A DNA stretch of 64,000 nt. Source: Eledone cirrhosa. Taxonomy: Eukaryota. Numbering within the stretch: the stretch's first letter is position 1; every line of letters begins with the position of its first letter. Shown in pieces: positions 12,645 to 25,949 of this stretch. The translations under genes were made by a program, and so were the position numbers. The notes beneath the pieces are model-generated. The model was given only the letters and a program-made list of their open reading frames with translations, did not search any database and had not been told where the DNA came from. The stretch covers positions 262,508,001-262,572,000 of the forward strand of contig OZ024743.1 in assembly GCA_964016885.1 (NCBI GenBank), written 5' to 3'.

Positions 12645-13160
12645 ATATATATATCTAAAACAGAGAATGTCTGTCTGTCTGTCTGTCTGACTCCCAAAAA
12701 CTCGAGAACCACCCGACTGATTGTTTTCAAATGTACATAGATATAACGTTGCGCCCTCGTAATATCTGTCTGTATGTCTGGCTGTCTGCATTACGACATT
12801 ATGACGCTATATGTGTGTGTGTGTGTGTATATATATATGTATAACGTTTTTTGAAATATTTACTTCTGCGTTCACAGATTGATTTTTTTAGTTTCAGAAG
12901 ATCCCGTTAAGGGTGAAAGCAGCAATTCTTTGCTTACACTTTAATTTGTTATTTTAATATATATACATATATATATATATATAACTATATATTCGTGTAC
13001 AGATATTTTTGCATACACAATAACAAAATATAAATAAAAGTACTTATTTCACGATAAAGTATTGATTTTCTTCGCACGGAAAACCCTGGTAATCAGAGAG
13101 GAGGGATAAACATGCCAATCTATGTTTAGAATTCCGAGCAACGCTGGGCCATTCTGTTAG
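12645..13160 (+). mobile_element. Non-autonomous Helitron-like element
   Basis: 5' TC..AAAACAGAGAATGTCTG(TCTG)n. 3' hairpin CCGAGC-AAC-GCTGGG followed by CCATTCTG-TTAG|T. Internal 12853-12880 matches 3296-3322 in reverse orientation. Confidence 0.7.
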
Positions 13161-13516
13161 TATATATATATATATACGTATATCATCATCATCATCATTG
13201 TTTAATATATACATATATACACACACACATACACATAGTGTATGTGTCATATATATATACACACACACACATAAACACAGTATATGTTTTACACACGCAT
13301 ATTCCATATATGTATTACACACAGAGTATGTGTATTATTCACACACATACACACACAGTATATGTGTCATACATATACACACACACAGTGTATGTGTCAT
13401 ATATATACATACATCTATATACACACACACAAAGAGTATGTATGTTAAATATTTATTCATTAATATTTTTGTGGGAAATTTTGTCTGAACTTTTATGATC
13501 TCGTATCATTATTACT

Positions 13517-13808
13517 GGATTGGCAGTATCGGTAGAGGGTCGGACGCCATGCTTTGCACAGCAAAGAGTTACGGCCCTTTATGGTCTGAGTTCAAATCCC
13601 GCCGACGTTAACTTTGCCTTTCATCCTTACAGAGTCAATAAAATAAAGTACCAGTAATACACTAGGGTAATTGCTAGCCTTGTGCCAAAAGTAGAAACAA
13701 TTATTAATATTAACTTTGCCTTTCATCCTTACGGGGTCAATAAAATAAAGTACCAGTAATGCACTGGGGTAATTGCTGGCCTTGTGCCAAAAGTGGAAAC
13801 AATTATTA
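13517..13808 (+). mobile_element. tRNA-derived Nin-domain SINE with tandemly duplicated 3' half
   Basis: A-box TGGCAGTATCGG and B-box GAGTTCAAATCC. The segment TTAACTTTGCCTTTCATCC...GAAACAATTATT is present twice. Confidence 0.85.
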
Positions 13809-15689
13809 GTATAAATGTGTTGGATGAAATATATTTTCATGATTGTTTTAATGTCCACTTTCTTTGCTAGCAATGGTTGAACTAGATGGGTCTACATAGA
13901 CCAAGTTACTTCTGAAGAAGTGACAACTGATCTCCCAGACAAGCCAAAGATTTGTCATCTCGCTTGTGTATGGTGGTACATTCGACTGAGTGTGCAACCC
14001 TTTGTTTGGCAAGCTTTTTACAGCTGGATACCCTTCCTATCACCAACCACCTACAGTATGTACTGGGGGCACTCAAATACCACTGATGTCAACTTTGCCT
14101 TTCAGCATTCTGGGGTTGATAAAATAAAGTACCAGTAAAGTACTGGAGTCAGTATAACCGACTCCCTCCCCCTCCAGCCCCAAATTGTTGGCCTGTATTA
14201 TAAACCATCATAAACTGATTTATTGAGACTAATGTTCATCTTGTTTGTTGTTATCACACATTGTTCCAGCTTTTATATATACATATATGGTGCAGACATG
14301 TCTGTGAGGTTAAAATGTTTGTTTTGCAAGCATTGGGACTGATTTATTCAGACTAAGGTCTTCATCTTGTTTGTTATAATCACATATTGTTTCAGCTGTT
14401 ATATATACATATATATGGTGTAGGCATGTCTGTGTGGTTAAGATGTCGGCTCTGGGTTTGATCCTATTGCTTTGGGCAAGTATATTCTATTGTAGCCCCA
14501 GGCCAACTAATGCTTTGTGAATGAATTTTGTGAGAGGAAATTGTAAGGAAGTTGATTGTATGTGTGTAAGTATGCTAGCAGCCGAAGTGTATGATAAAAT
14601 TATATCTGTATAAATACAGAGTGTGTAACCAAGACTGTACCAATATGTATAAATATATACATATATTTAGTATGTCAGTTGTTCATTGTAGTGTAGCAGA
14701 ATGTGTAGCAGAAACTGTTGGCTTGATGGGTATTCTGTGAGTTGCTTTCACCCATATAAAGCTCTGTGTGAATTTTTGTGATTTATAGCAAATGAATTGT
14801 GTGCTGTGTCTCAGTGAATCGAGATGTGTGGTTGCCATAGCCAGTAGCTGGAAGTTGAAAGTGAAACTGCCATTAGCAATATTCAATGAATAATAACGAA
14901 CGCTACTATTTGAGTAATCTTTATTAAGAAATAACTTACATCAAAGTTATGATAACACAGGAAAGACAACAAAGAGTGAAAGTGAAATTGTGTATTATGT
15001 TTGCATGATAGGGTTTGGCATGGATGCTGTTGTAGTCTGAAAAGATGCATGATACTAACCTTTGTTGGAATTCAATAGGAGTATAACTCTCTCTTGTTGG
15101 CCAAAGAGACTGTTGGCAACTACATCATTCAGGTTTCTGTATCGGCTTATGTTCAGGGGATGATTTTCACCAACTTCAAATTCAACGTAAATAAGGTGCT
15201 AAAATATCTGGAGTGGTTATTTCAGAATGAAACTGTTTTTCTACATTTATATCACCCTGAATTTTATTTATGCATTGCCTTGAGAACATTCTCAACAAAT
15301 TTTTATTTTAACTTTTTAATACATAAATATCCCCAACACATAATTGCATAAATGCACGCATACACGAACATAAACACATGTGCACTCACCGTTTTTTCTG
15401 TGTGACTTATGTGATTATATTTTTTCGTTCAATCCTGTTTTGTTTTATTCCACTTGCTTGCTCACTCTCTCTTTTCTTGCTCTCACTTTTTCTTGTTTTG
15501 CCTCTCCCTCCGTCCTCATCTAAAGTCATTATGTACTGGATTTGTGAAACAAAAACTATACTCTAAATGGCACTTAAAACATTTTAAATTTCAAAATATT
15601 AAAACTTCATAAATATTTTCTCTACTCATGAGAATTTCAAAGCAGCACCATAATGTGTGTTTTAGCTGCCTCAGCTTATAAACGTGGTT

Positions 15690-15770
15690 TGGATTTTTGC
15701 CCATTTCTCAGACATAAAATAGGGTAGTTGGCTTATATTTGAGTCAGCTTATATTCGAGTATATATGGTA
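15690..15770. mobile_element. Right end of a pogo/Tc2-like DNA transposon
   Basis: GGCTTATATTTGAGTCAGCTTATATTCGAGTATATATGG-TA resembles the reverse complement of CCGTATATACTCGAATATAAG-type TIRs. The left end was not identified. Confidence 0.5.
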
Positions 15771-16129
15771 GGTAGAAACTCTATACAATGTACACAATAC
15801 AAATATTGGGTACATATAGCAGGCAGATTAACGGGAAAGGATGTTCAGGGAAAATTATATGAGTGTCAGTAATATACACCTTTTCAATCCCAGGTAAGAT
15901 CCATGAAGTGGTTGATAGCTTCTGCTATCTAGGTGACCTAATTAGTAGTGGAGGAGGGTGCTCCAGGAGCATAGTAGCTAGAATAAGAACAAGATGGAAG
16001 TTTAGAGAGTAGTTATCATGTCCTCGACAAAACTAAAGAAACCTCCCTATCTTACATTGTCTCTGATCATCAACTACTTTACAGAGTGTACTGGGTGCAT
16101 TTTAATGTAAGCGACCATGTTACTGTGCT

Positions 16130-17140
16130 TGTACTGTTTAGGCAGGTCTTCTCCAACGAGGCTAGTCACCAATCATCATGGTCCTGTGTCATCTCCTTCA
16201 TGTGGTTCAGTTTCTTGAGGTCAATTTTCACTTTGTTCCATCTTCCTAGGCTTTTTAAAATCGCTTTCTCTTTCAATCTCTTCAAGTGCTTGGCATTTCT
16301 TTATACACCTCTTATTTTCCATAAGCATTACATGCCTGTACCAACACAGTTAGTTTTCCTGCCTCACTACATCTGATTCTCTTTTATTCCAACTTTTCTC
16401 TCAGCTCAGTTGTGCTCTATGATTCATGCAGATTAACATTACACATCCAGTGGATCTTGCATGCTTTGTTTCCTTCCTCTTTTCACAAATCCTCGGTAAT
16501 CAAGCTCAGTAATCTTGCTACAATGCAGCATAGCAATTTGAACACAAGCATCATATAATCTCACCTTCACTTTTAGAGAGGTCCTTTGTTGCTTGTAGCA
16601 GTAACAACTTTCTAAATTTCGTCCATCCTGTTTTCACTCTGGCTGCTGTACCTTTGGTACATTCACTTCTGTTAATGAGGTCATCTAGGTAGCAAAAGCT
16701 ATCAACTACTTTTGAGAATTAGAGGAATCTATTTCCCTTCTACTATTACTGCTAACTACTTCTGTACCTTTGTCTGATACAAAATATACCTTTTCAGACA
16801 GCTTACCTGTGATCCCACTATACCTGAGCATCCTACTAAATCTATGCATATTAAGTATGGCCATTTACCTGATTATAGCAGGTCTGTCTTCTTTCTTACA
16901 AACTGAAACTTTAGTCTTTGCTAAGCTTCCTTTAAGACCTTCTGATTTCAGATTTTGCCTCTAAGTCTGGAATTTCTTTTCTAATTCTTCTACAGATTCT
17001 TTTGTAAGGGCAACATCATCAGCACAAAAGAGTTCCCATGGACAAAAAGTCTGATATGCCTTGGAGAATTATCATAAACAGAAGGGTGCTGAGAATTGAG
17101 TTGTGATATACTTCTATTTGCATGTTAAATTGCTGCTTTC
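16130..17140 (-). mobile_element. Highly decayed RTE LINE fragment
   Basis: Minus strand gives PWELFCADDVAL (about 17005-17040) and VVDSFCYLDDL (about 16680-16710). Confidence 0.85.
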
Positions 17141-18777
17141 CTCGTTATTGGGTGTGACCTCAACCCTGTACTACAAGGTTATCTATGTGAGTGACTAACC
17201 TGTGCCCTAACTACTCTAGTAGATAATTTAATTATTTCAACCACTGTACCTAATAGGGAAGTTGCCTTCCCTGTCTTTATAACCTTAATTGTTTTATTTC
17301 CCCTATACTACGGTCAACTTGGATGGCTCGTCCCCCTGGTTGCCACATTATCCTCATTCATCAATCTCTCATAATAAACACTTTCATGCCTCTTTCGTTT
17401 CGGCATCAGTAAGGGCAAGTGTGCCACTAGTATTCTATGAATACTCCTCTCTCATGACATTGAGTATTTCACAAATATGTGTACTTCTAATGTAATTCTG
17501 TGGCTGAGTCAGCATTACATACAATCTGACATGTCTGGACCTTTGAACTACAGGGTACAATCCATTTAATAAGCTTCCACATAGTTCCCATTGACCCAAT
17601 TTTGCTCATGAGGCTTACGTCAACCCAAGGATATGGTAAAATACTCTCGTAAAAAAAATGCAATGCATTGGAATTGAATCCAGAACCTTATGATTACAAA
17701 ATGAACTTCTTAACTACTCAATCATACCTGCATCCTATTGTTGTTGTTGTTGTTGTTGTACTTCTGTCATTTCTGATGATGAGTGTTTCTGTTGATTCAA
17801 TCAACAGCACAGACTGCTCATGAAATTAATATGAAAGTGGCAGAGCATTCCATATGCACATACACCCTTAATGTAGAGATACAGCTTGATACAGTGTGCC
17901 AAGACTGGCCACTTGAATTACAGGTACAAGAAAGTTTTACCAGCAAAGTGGGCTGAAGCAACGTACAATACGCTTCCTGAGTTCAACACTCTAACCACAA
18001 AGCCACATGCCTGCACTGTGTCCTATTATTGGCAGCTGGTTTTGTAGACATGATAGGTTTTTATATTGTGGAGGTGTTAGTTCTTGTGTTTGCTCTCTTG
18101 GAGTTCTTCATATCAGTTGAAGACAGGTAGAACCGGAAATGAAAATTAAAACAGGTATGTTTATTGTGTACACCACCTTCTCTTATCATTTTAAATTCCC
18201 TGAGAGCAAATATAAAAACCAGACCAGGTGTGTTTATCAGGTGAAACAGTAATCAACAGTTCATGCTGCAGAAGAAAAGAAAAAGAGAGAGAAAGTAAAA
18301 CTGATCCAGATGTGTTTATCATGTGTACTACCATTCAGAAGGTTGTTTTCTTCCTAAACTTAGAGCCCTCACTCTCTCTCTCTCCCGCTCTCTCTCATAC
18401 CCACACACAAACATAGACTCACAGACTCTATCTCACACACATGCACACACAATTATAAAGTTCATGATAACTATGATGAAGCTATATAAGTGACTCAAGG
18501 GTTTACAGTTTGGCATCAAATACAAACACACACGAAGTTCATCACCTCTATACAATGTCCCTAATCATTTTGAATTTTATGATTGGAGATGGTTACTTCC
18601 GATAAGACACTTTGGAAGAAGAAAAAATTCACTTTTTTATTTTTGTATTGGCAAAATGTAGAAGATTCAGTAAAAGAAAAAAAATTATAGTAGGTATTAA
18701 TTTTCTTTGTAGGTATTCTATTTTTAAAAATTTAGTATTACATATATAGTAATAATACTTATGAAAACCAAATAGAT

Positions 18778-20712
18778 ATGGTCACCCGGATAGTAAACCA
18801 AGTCATACAGAATGGGGCCATTCCGAAGGACTGGCATAGCAGCATCATCATTAACTGCTACAAGGGTAAAGGAGATGCCCTAGATAGGGGTAACTATAGT
18901 GGCATTAAATTAATCGACCAGGTCATGAAGGTCACAGAAAAAGTAATAGCGCAACTAATCAGAGAATGAATTGATCTAGATGAAATGCAGTTCGGGTTTG
19001 TGTCAGGTAAAAGTACCACAGACGCTCTTTTCATTGTACGACAACTACAGGAGAAGTACCTAGCTAAAAGTAAACCCCTATACTTAGCTTTTGTTGACTT
19101 GGAGAAAGCCTTTGACAGACTCCCCTGCTCCATTATCTGGTGGGCTCTTAGAAAACTAGGTGTTGATGAATGGCTTGTGAGAGCTATACAAGCCATGTAT
19201 AAAGAAACAGTCAGCAAGGTTAGAATTAACAACGAATATAGTGAAGAGTTTAGCGTAAAAGTTGGTGTTCATCAGGGCTCCGTTCTTATCACCCTACTAT
19301 TTATTATTGCCCTTCAGGCTATAACAGAGGAGTTCAAGACCGGCTGCCCATGGGAACTCCTATATGCAGATGATCTAACGCTCATAGCTGAATCAATGGC
19401 TGAACTAGAGAAGAAATTCCAAACATGGAAGCATGGCCTAGAATCAAAAGACCTTAAAGTTAACTTGTCTAAGACTAAAGTTCTAGTTTGTAGGAAGGAA
19501 AATAGGGCACCGGTCCCATCTGGGAAATGGCCATGCTCAGTGTGTAGGAAAGGAGTAGGCAGAAACTCCATTTTATGTCCCAAATGCAAAGTATGGGTGC
19601 ATAAAAGATGTAGTGGGATCACAGGTAAGCTAACTAAGAATATAGATTTTATATGTGGCCGATGCTCTGGTGTAATAAGTAGCAGCAAGTGCCCACAAAA
19701 TACTAGCTCATTCCATTGCACAGATGGTTCTATAGAAATAGTGGACACCTTCCGTTATCTGGGTGACAAAATCAGCAGTGGGGGAGGGTGTTCTGAAAGT
19801 ACAGTAGCTAGAGTCAGAACGGGATGGAAAAAGTTCAGAGAGCTTATACCACTATTGGCCGCTAAAGGGTTCTCTCTAAAAATGAAAGGTAGGCTGTATG
19901 ATGCCTACATACGAACAGCAATGTTACATGGCAGTGAGACCTGGGCATTGTGTGCAGAGGATATACGCAGACTGGAGAGGAACGAAGCTTGCATGCTCCG
20001 CTGGATGTGTAATAGTAATATACGTGAACGGCAAAGCATAAACGAACTAAGGGAGAAATTAGGAATAAGAGGGATCAGATGCTGTTTACTCGAGAGAAGA
20101 CTACGTTGGTACGGTCACGTGATGCGCATGAAAGACGACAGCTGTATAACAAAGTGCAGGGCGATAAAAATAGACGGTAGCCACGGAGTAGGCAGACCCA
20201 GAAAAACCTGGGACGACTTGATAAATTCCGACCTCACCCACTTACACCTCTCCAAGACAATGTCACTGGACCGAGATCTTTGGCGCTACACAGTAATACA
20301 GAAGACCCGCCTTGCCTAAGTACAAAGCGAAACCTACAGTCAGTAGGCACCTCTAACAAAAATACACCCCCGTCCCACTACCCCCACCCCATCCACACCA
20401 CCCCTTCAATGTGAAGTTATGTTGGTACCACAACATCCAGTCCGAAACAAATGAGGTCGTGTAGGTGTCACGACAAAAAAAAAACACACACAGTCCACGC
20501 TGTAATGTGGCCGTGTAGGCAACACGGTAAAAACCTCCCAGTTCCACACTGTAAACGTGGTTGGTGTTAGGAAGCGCATCCAGCCGCAGAAAACCTGCCA
20601 GACAGTCCTATACGAGCAGGACAACCAATCTTGCCTCAAGTGGGAAAACTCCCATCCAAACCCATGCAAGCGTGGAAGATGGATGTTAAATGATGATGAT
20701 GATGATGATGAT
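18778..20712 (+). mobile_element. 5'-truncated RTE-clade LINE (RT + PHD finger + 3'UTR + (GAT)n tail)
   Basis: ORFs 18778-18969 and 18985-20319 are in frame and separated by one TGA (probably CGA>TGA). Motifs: YKGKGD, QFGF, FVDLEKAFD, GVHQGS, LLYADD, FRYLG, RRLRWYGHVMRM, GRPRKTW. The endonuclease domain is missing. Confidence 0.96.
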
Positions 20713-21277
20713 GATAATGCTTTCTTTATTAACCACAAGGGTTGTAAATAGATATATATATAATAAAAAGTATATATAAACCTGTTGAACAAATATATAC
20801 TATTAGTACAGATTAAAGTTTAAGCAAAGAATTATTGAGGGACTTATTTTATTACATGTTATCCATGTGCAACCAGCAATATTCTTCTCCCCATTTTTTC
20901 ACATATATTTACCTACTGCGATTCTGTTTTTTTCTCACTCTCTCTCTCTTACTGCTCCCTCGCTCTCTCTGTTTCCCCTACTTTCTTTCGTCCCCTCTGT
21001 CATGTCAGTTAACTCTTCCTCACACTTCCACTCACTCACTCACTGTTTCTCCTCTTCTCACTTCACCCCGTTCGCGACGAAATCATTTTCTCTCTTTCTC
21101 ACATTTGAATTCGCTCCTGAAAGGTCTTTTTTCTAAGCGCTCATATATTCACCTAGCTTATGCTAACAGAATAACTATGAAGCTTGTACCCTTCCTTCTA
21201 CGGTTAGCTATCCTCTTTGTTGTTATCTTGTTTCACTCGCTTTACGCGTTTTAATTGTCCTAATAACTTAATTTAGT

Positions 21278-21347
<70 letters not shown>

Positions 21348-21348
21348 T

Positions 21349-21680
21349 GGAGGCACATGGCTTAGTGGTTAGAGCATTGGTCTTGGAATCGAAAGGTTAT
21401 GAGTTCAATTCTCAGACCGGGTGATGTGTTGTTTCCTTGAGCAAGACACTTTATTTCGCATTGCTCCAGTTTACTCAGCTGTAGAAATGTGATGATAGGG
21501 ACTGGGGTCCATATCATTCCACTGCAAAGTGGTCGTGGAGGTGCCACGGCAAAAAAGCACCCTGCACTCACTGTAAATGAGGTTGGTGTTAGGAAGAGCA
21601 TCCAGCTGTAGAAATCAAGCCAGAATCAGTTCCCGTCCCACCCTTGCAAGCAGGGAAAAGCGGACGTAAAAATGAAATGA
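21349..21680 (+). mobile_element. tRNA-headed CORE-type SINE with RTE-derived tail (copies also at 42593-42940 and 48986-49297)
   Basis: A-box TGGCTTAGTGG, B-box GAGTTCAATTC, CORE-like TTTCCTTGAGCAAGACACTTT. The 3' half matches RTE 3'UTRs and ends GGACGTAAAATGATG. Confidence 0.85.
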
Positions 21681-21804
21681 AATGAGTTTATTGGTGTGCA
21701 ATGTTTAGTTACTATTAGTTCACCAGTTTGAGTACTCAATGCCAATGTGGATCCTGATGGAATTACACCACTGTTGGTATCCTTAAGAAAGAGAGTGTTA
21801 ATAA

Positions 21805-22175
21805 TAATAATTGTTTCTACTTTAGGCACAAGGCCAGCAATTTTGGGGAGGGAAAAGTTGAGTAAATCAAGTTGAGTAATCAATTTGTATGATTATCAAC
21901 CCCGTAAGTATGTAAGGCAAAGCAAACCTCGGCAGGATTTGAACTCAGAATATTAAGAGCTGTAAATCTAAGCTGTGAATATAATATAACTGTTTCTACT
22001 TTTGGCACAAGGCCAGCAATTATCCCAGTACATTACTGGTACTTTATTTTATCGACCCCGTAAGATTGATAGGTAAAGTTAACCTCGGCGAGATTTCAAC
22101 TCAGAACGTTAAGAACCGTAACTCTCTGCTGTAAAGCATGGCGTCCGACACACCACCAATACTGCCAATCCACCA
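21805..22175 (-). mobile_element. Two Nin-domain SINE copies
   Basis: Reverse complements of the 50691-50877 sequence at about 21810-21950 and 21990-22175. Confidence 0.8.
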
Positions 22176-22979
22176 CGAATATAATAATAATAAGCGTAGG
22201 AATGAAGTACCAATATAGCATCATTACATTTATTCATATATACATGTCCAACCCTTGCAAGCAAGGAAAAGCGGACGTAAAATGATGATGATGATGATAT
22301 TCAGGTTATTCAGTAATATTGTTGATTACTGGAGATGGCGCTAATGTGAGCATTCAATGCTATAGCAGAGCGTATATATAACATATGATATCATCGTCAT
22401 CATCATCGTTTAACGTCTATCTTCCACGCTAGCATGGGTTCAGACGGGAATTGTCCCACTTGAGGCAAGATTGGTTGTCTTGCTCGTAAAAGACTGTCTG
22501 GCAGGTTTTCTACGGCTGGATGCCCTTCCTAACACCAACCACGTTTAAAATATTTTTATTGTGTATCAAATGTTACAAATCTTTCACAGATGATTGAGTC
22601 CATATGTCTGAGGAGCATATCAATGCTGGAGTTAGGTTTATCACATGGTTAAGGACCTTGAGCCAATCATCTGCGAAACATCTGTAATATTCAAAATATA
22701 ATAAAAACATTTAAAAGAGAAACTTCGTTATATAATATTTTATACACTATTATAATTTACATGTCTGCTTTTGTATGCTGGCATATGCAGGATGGAATTT
22801 TTTGAGGTAGTATTTATAGTTTGATACCCTTTCTAACTTCAATATTTACAACATGCAAGGATACAGTGTATCTGTTCTAAAAACAGGAATACATATAGCT
22901 CTCCTTGTTTAGACAGTGACTTAGTCAACATGATGGAGTTGTATCAGAGTCATGGAAGAGAGAGCATGAATACATTTTA

Positions 22980-23385
22980 ATCACTACTACTGTCACCATC
23001 ACCACTGCTGCCACCACCACCACCACCACCACCATCACCACCACTACTATTACTGCCACCACCACTGCCACTACCACTACTTCTACAACCACTGCCACCA
23101 CCACTGCCACTACTGCCACCACCACTACCACTGCCACTACTGCCACCACCACTGCCACTACCACAACCATCACCACCACCACCACTTTCACCACCACCAC
23201 CACTACCACTACTGCCACCACCACTACCACTACTGCCACCACCACCACCAACACCACCACTGCTTCGGCTGCCACTATCACTGCCACCACTGCTGCCACT
23301 ACTGCCACCACAACCATTGCCACTATCACCACTACTGCCACCACAACCACTACCACCATCACCACTGCTGCCACCACCACTGCTG
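22980..23385. repeat. Imperfect (ACC/ACT/GCC)n trinucleotide tract
   Basis: Read directly. Similar reverse-oriented tracts occur at 26660-26800 and 31420-31800. Confidence 0.95.
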
Positions 23386-23789
23386 CAGTGGTTATAGTGG
23401 CAGACAGGTATTCTAAACCCTCTGCTCAGATCTTCTTTCGTCCCCTCAACCATAGCTTCCTCCCACTAAGATTTTTTTGGCACTTCTCCCAGATATCATT
23501 ATCTATATGCATCACATGTCGATACCAGTGCTGTCTTCTCTCCTGCACACTACATCTGATTTCTCTTATATCCAGCTTTTCTCTCAGCTCATCTATGCTT
23601 TGTTGTTCATGTACTTTAACATGATGAGAATAGTAATAAAGAATGATGGAAGCATTAAGTATGGATGGGCCACATGTTGCATCTGCTACATGTTACCAAT
23701 ACACAGAAGATACAGTAGCTAGGTGAGTGAGGAAGTAGTGGGTGTATATGGGAAGTCGAAAGGGCAGAAATTCATAAAAGCATATTAGG

Positions 23790-25949
23790 TGCCTTGCTTA
23801 TACCAGTGGGTGGGTCATCTTCAGCACCACATGTCATCATACTGGGTTCCTTGCTGATACCAGTGGGTGGGTCATCTTCAGCACCACATGTCATCATACT
23901 GGGTGCCTTGCTGATACCAGTGGGTGGGTCATCTTCAGCACCACATGTCATCATACTGGGTGTCTTGCTGATACCAGTGGGTGGGTCATCTTCAGCACCA
24001 CATGTCATCATACTGGGTGCCTTGCTGATACCAGTGGATGGGTCATCTTCAGCACCACATGTCATCATACTGGGTGTCTTGCTGATACCAGTGGGTGGGT
24101 CATCTTCAGCACCACATGTCATCATACTGGGTGCCTTGCTGATACCAGTGGGTGGGTCATCTTCAGCACCACATGTCATCATACTGGGTGTCTTGCTGAT
24201 ACCAGTGGGTGGGTCATCTTCAGCACCACATGTCATCATACTGGGTGCCTTGCTGATACCAGTGGGTGGGTCATCTTCAGCACCACATGTTACCATACTG
24301 GGTGTCTTGCTGATACCAGTGGGTGGGTCATCTTCAGCACCACATGTCATCATACTGGGTGTCTTGCTGATACCAGTGGGTGGGTCATCTTCAGCACCAC
24401 ATGTTACCATACTGGGTGTCTTGCTGATACCAGTGGGTGGGTTATCTTCAGCACCACATGTCATCATACTGGGTGTCTTGCTGATACCAGTGGGTGGGTC
24501 ATCTTCAGCACCACATGTCATCATACTGGGTGCCTTGCTGATACCAGTGGGTGGGTCATCTTCAGCACCACATGTCATCATACTGGGTGCCTTGCTGATA
24601 CCAGTGGGTGGGTCATCTTCAGCACCACATGTCACCATACTGGGTGTCTTGCTGATACCAGTGGGTGGGTCATCTTCAGCACCACATGTCATCATACTAG
24701 GTGTCTTGCTGATACCAGTGGGTGGGTCATCTTCAGCACCACATGTCATCATACTGGGTGCCTTGCTGATACCAGTGGGTGGGTCATCTTCAGCACCACA
24801 TGTCATCATACTGGGTGCCTTGCTGATACCAGTGGGTGGGTCATCTTCAGCACCACATGTCATCATACTGGGTGCCTTGCTGATACCAGTGGGTGGGTCA
24901 TCTTCAGCACCACATGTCATCATACTGGGTGCCTTGCTGATACCAGTGGGTGGGTCATCTTCAGCACCACATGTCATCATACTGTGTGCCTTGCTGATAC
25001 CAGTGGGTGGGTCATCTTCAGCACCACATGTCATCATACTGGGTGCCTTGCTGATACCAGTGGGTGGGTCATCTTCAGCACCACATGTCACCATACTGGG
25101 TGTCTTGCTGATACCAGTGGGTGGGTCATCTTCAGCACCACATGTCATCATACTGGGTGTCTTGCTGATACCAGTGGGTGGGTCATCTTCAGCACCACAT
25201 GTCATCATACTGGGTTCCTTGCTGATACCAGTGGGTGGGTCATCTTCAGCACCACATGTCATCATACTGGGTGTCTTGCTGATACCACTGGGTGGGTCAT
25301 CTTCAGCACCACATGTCATCATACTGGGTGCCTTGCTGATACCAGTGGGTGGGTCATCTTCAGCACCACATGTCATCATACTGGGTGCCTTGCTGATACC
25401 AGTGGGTGGGTCATCTTCAGCACCACATGTCATCATACTGGGTGCCTTGCTGATACCAGTGGGTGGGTCATCTTCAGCACCACATGTCATCATACTGGGT
25501 GTCTTGCTGATACCAGTGGGTGAGTCATCTTCAGCACCACATGTCATCATACTGGGTGCCTTGCTGATACCAGTGGGTGGGTCATCTTCAGCACTACATG
25601 TCACCATACTGGGTTCCTTGCTGATACCAGTGGGTGGGTCATCTTCAGCACCACATGTTATCATACTAGGTGCCTTGCTGATACCAGTGGGTGGGTCATC
25701 TTCAGCACCACATGTCATCATACTGGGTGACTTGCTGATACCAGTGGGTGGGTCATCTTCAGCACCACATGTTACCATACTGGGTGCCTTGCTGACACCA
25801 GTGGGTGGGTCATCTTCAGCACCACATGTCATCATACTGGGTTCCTTGCTGATACCAGTGGGTGGGTCATCTTCAGCACCACATGTCACCATACTGGGTT
25901 CCTTGCTGATACCAGTGGGTGGGTCATCTTCAGCACCACATGTCATCAT
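23790..25949. repeat. Minisatellite, about 38 copies of a 57-bp unit
   Basis: Unit (+) TTGCTGATACCAGTGGGTGGGTCATCTTCAGCACCACATGTCATCATACTGGGTGYC. No indels were seen and there are only a few variable positions. Confidence 0.99.

Noticed and set aside
19314-19748. Antisense ORFs over the RTE copies (also 18894-19232, 57195-57824, 57864-58310)
   Set aside because: Shadow ORFs of the RT coding strand with no independent features.
21349-21425. tRNA gene (Cys-like head with A and B boxes)
   Set aside because: There is no acceptor stem or proper cloverleaf, and it continues into CORE and LINE-tail sequence in three copies. It is a SINE head, as are the Nin-SINE heads.
22925-23453. Poly-Val and Gly/Ser-rich ORFs
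   Set aside because: They are translations of an imperfect trinucleotide tract, with no splice or domain evidence.
23790-25949. CRISPR array or established repetitive protein gene
   Set aside because: Units are contiguous with no unique spacers, the context is eukaryotic and there are no cas genes. Coding status is unsupported beyond openness, so it is not listed as a CDS.
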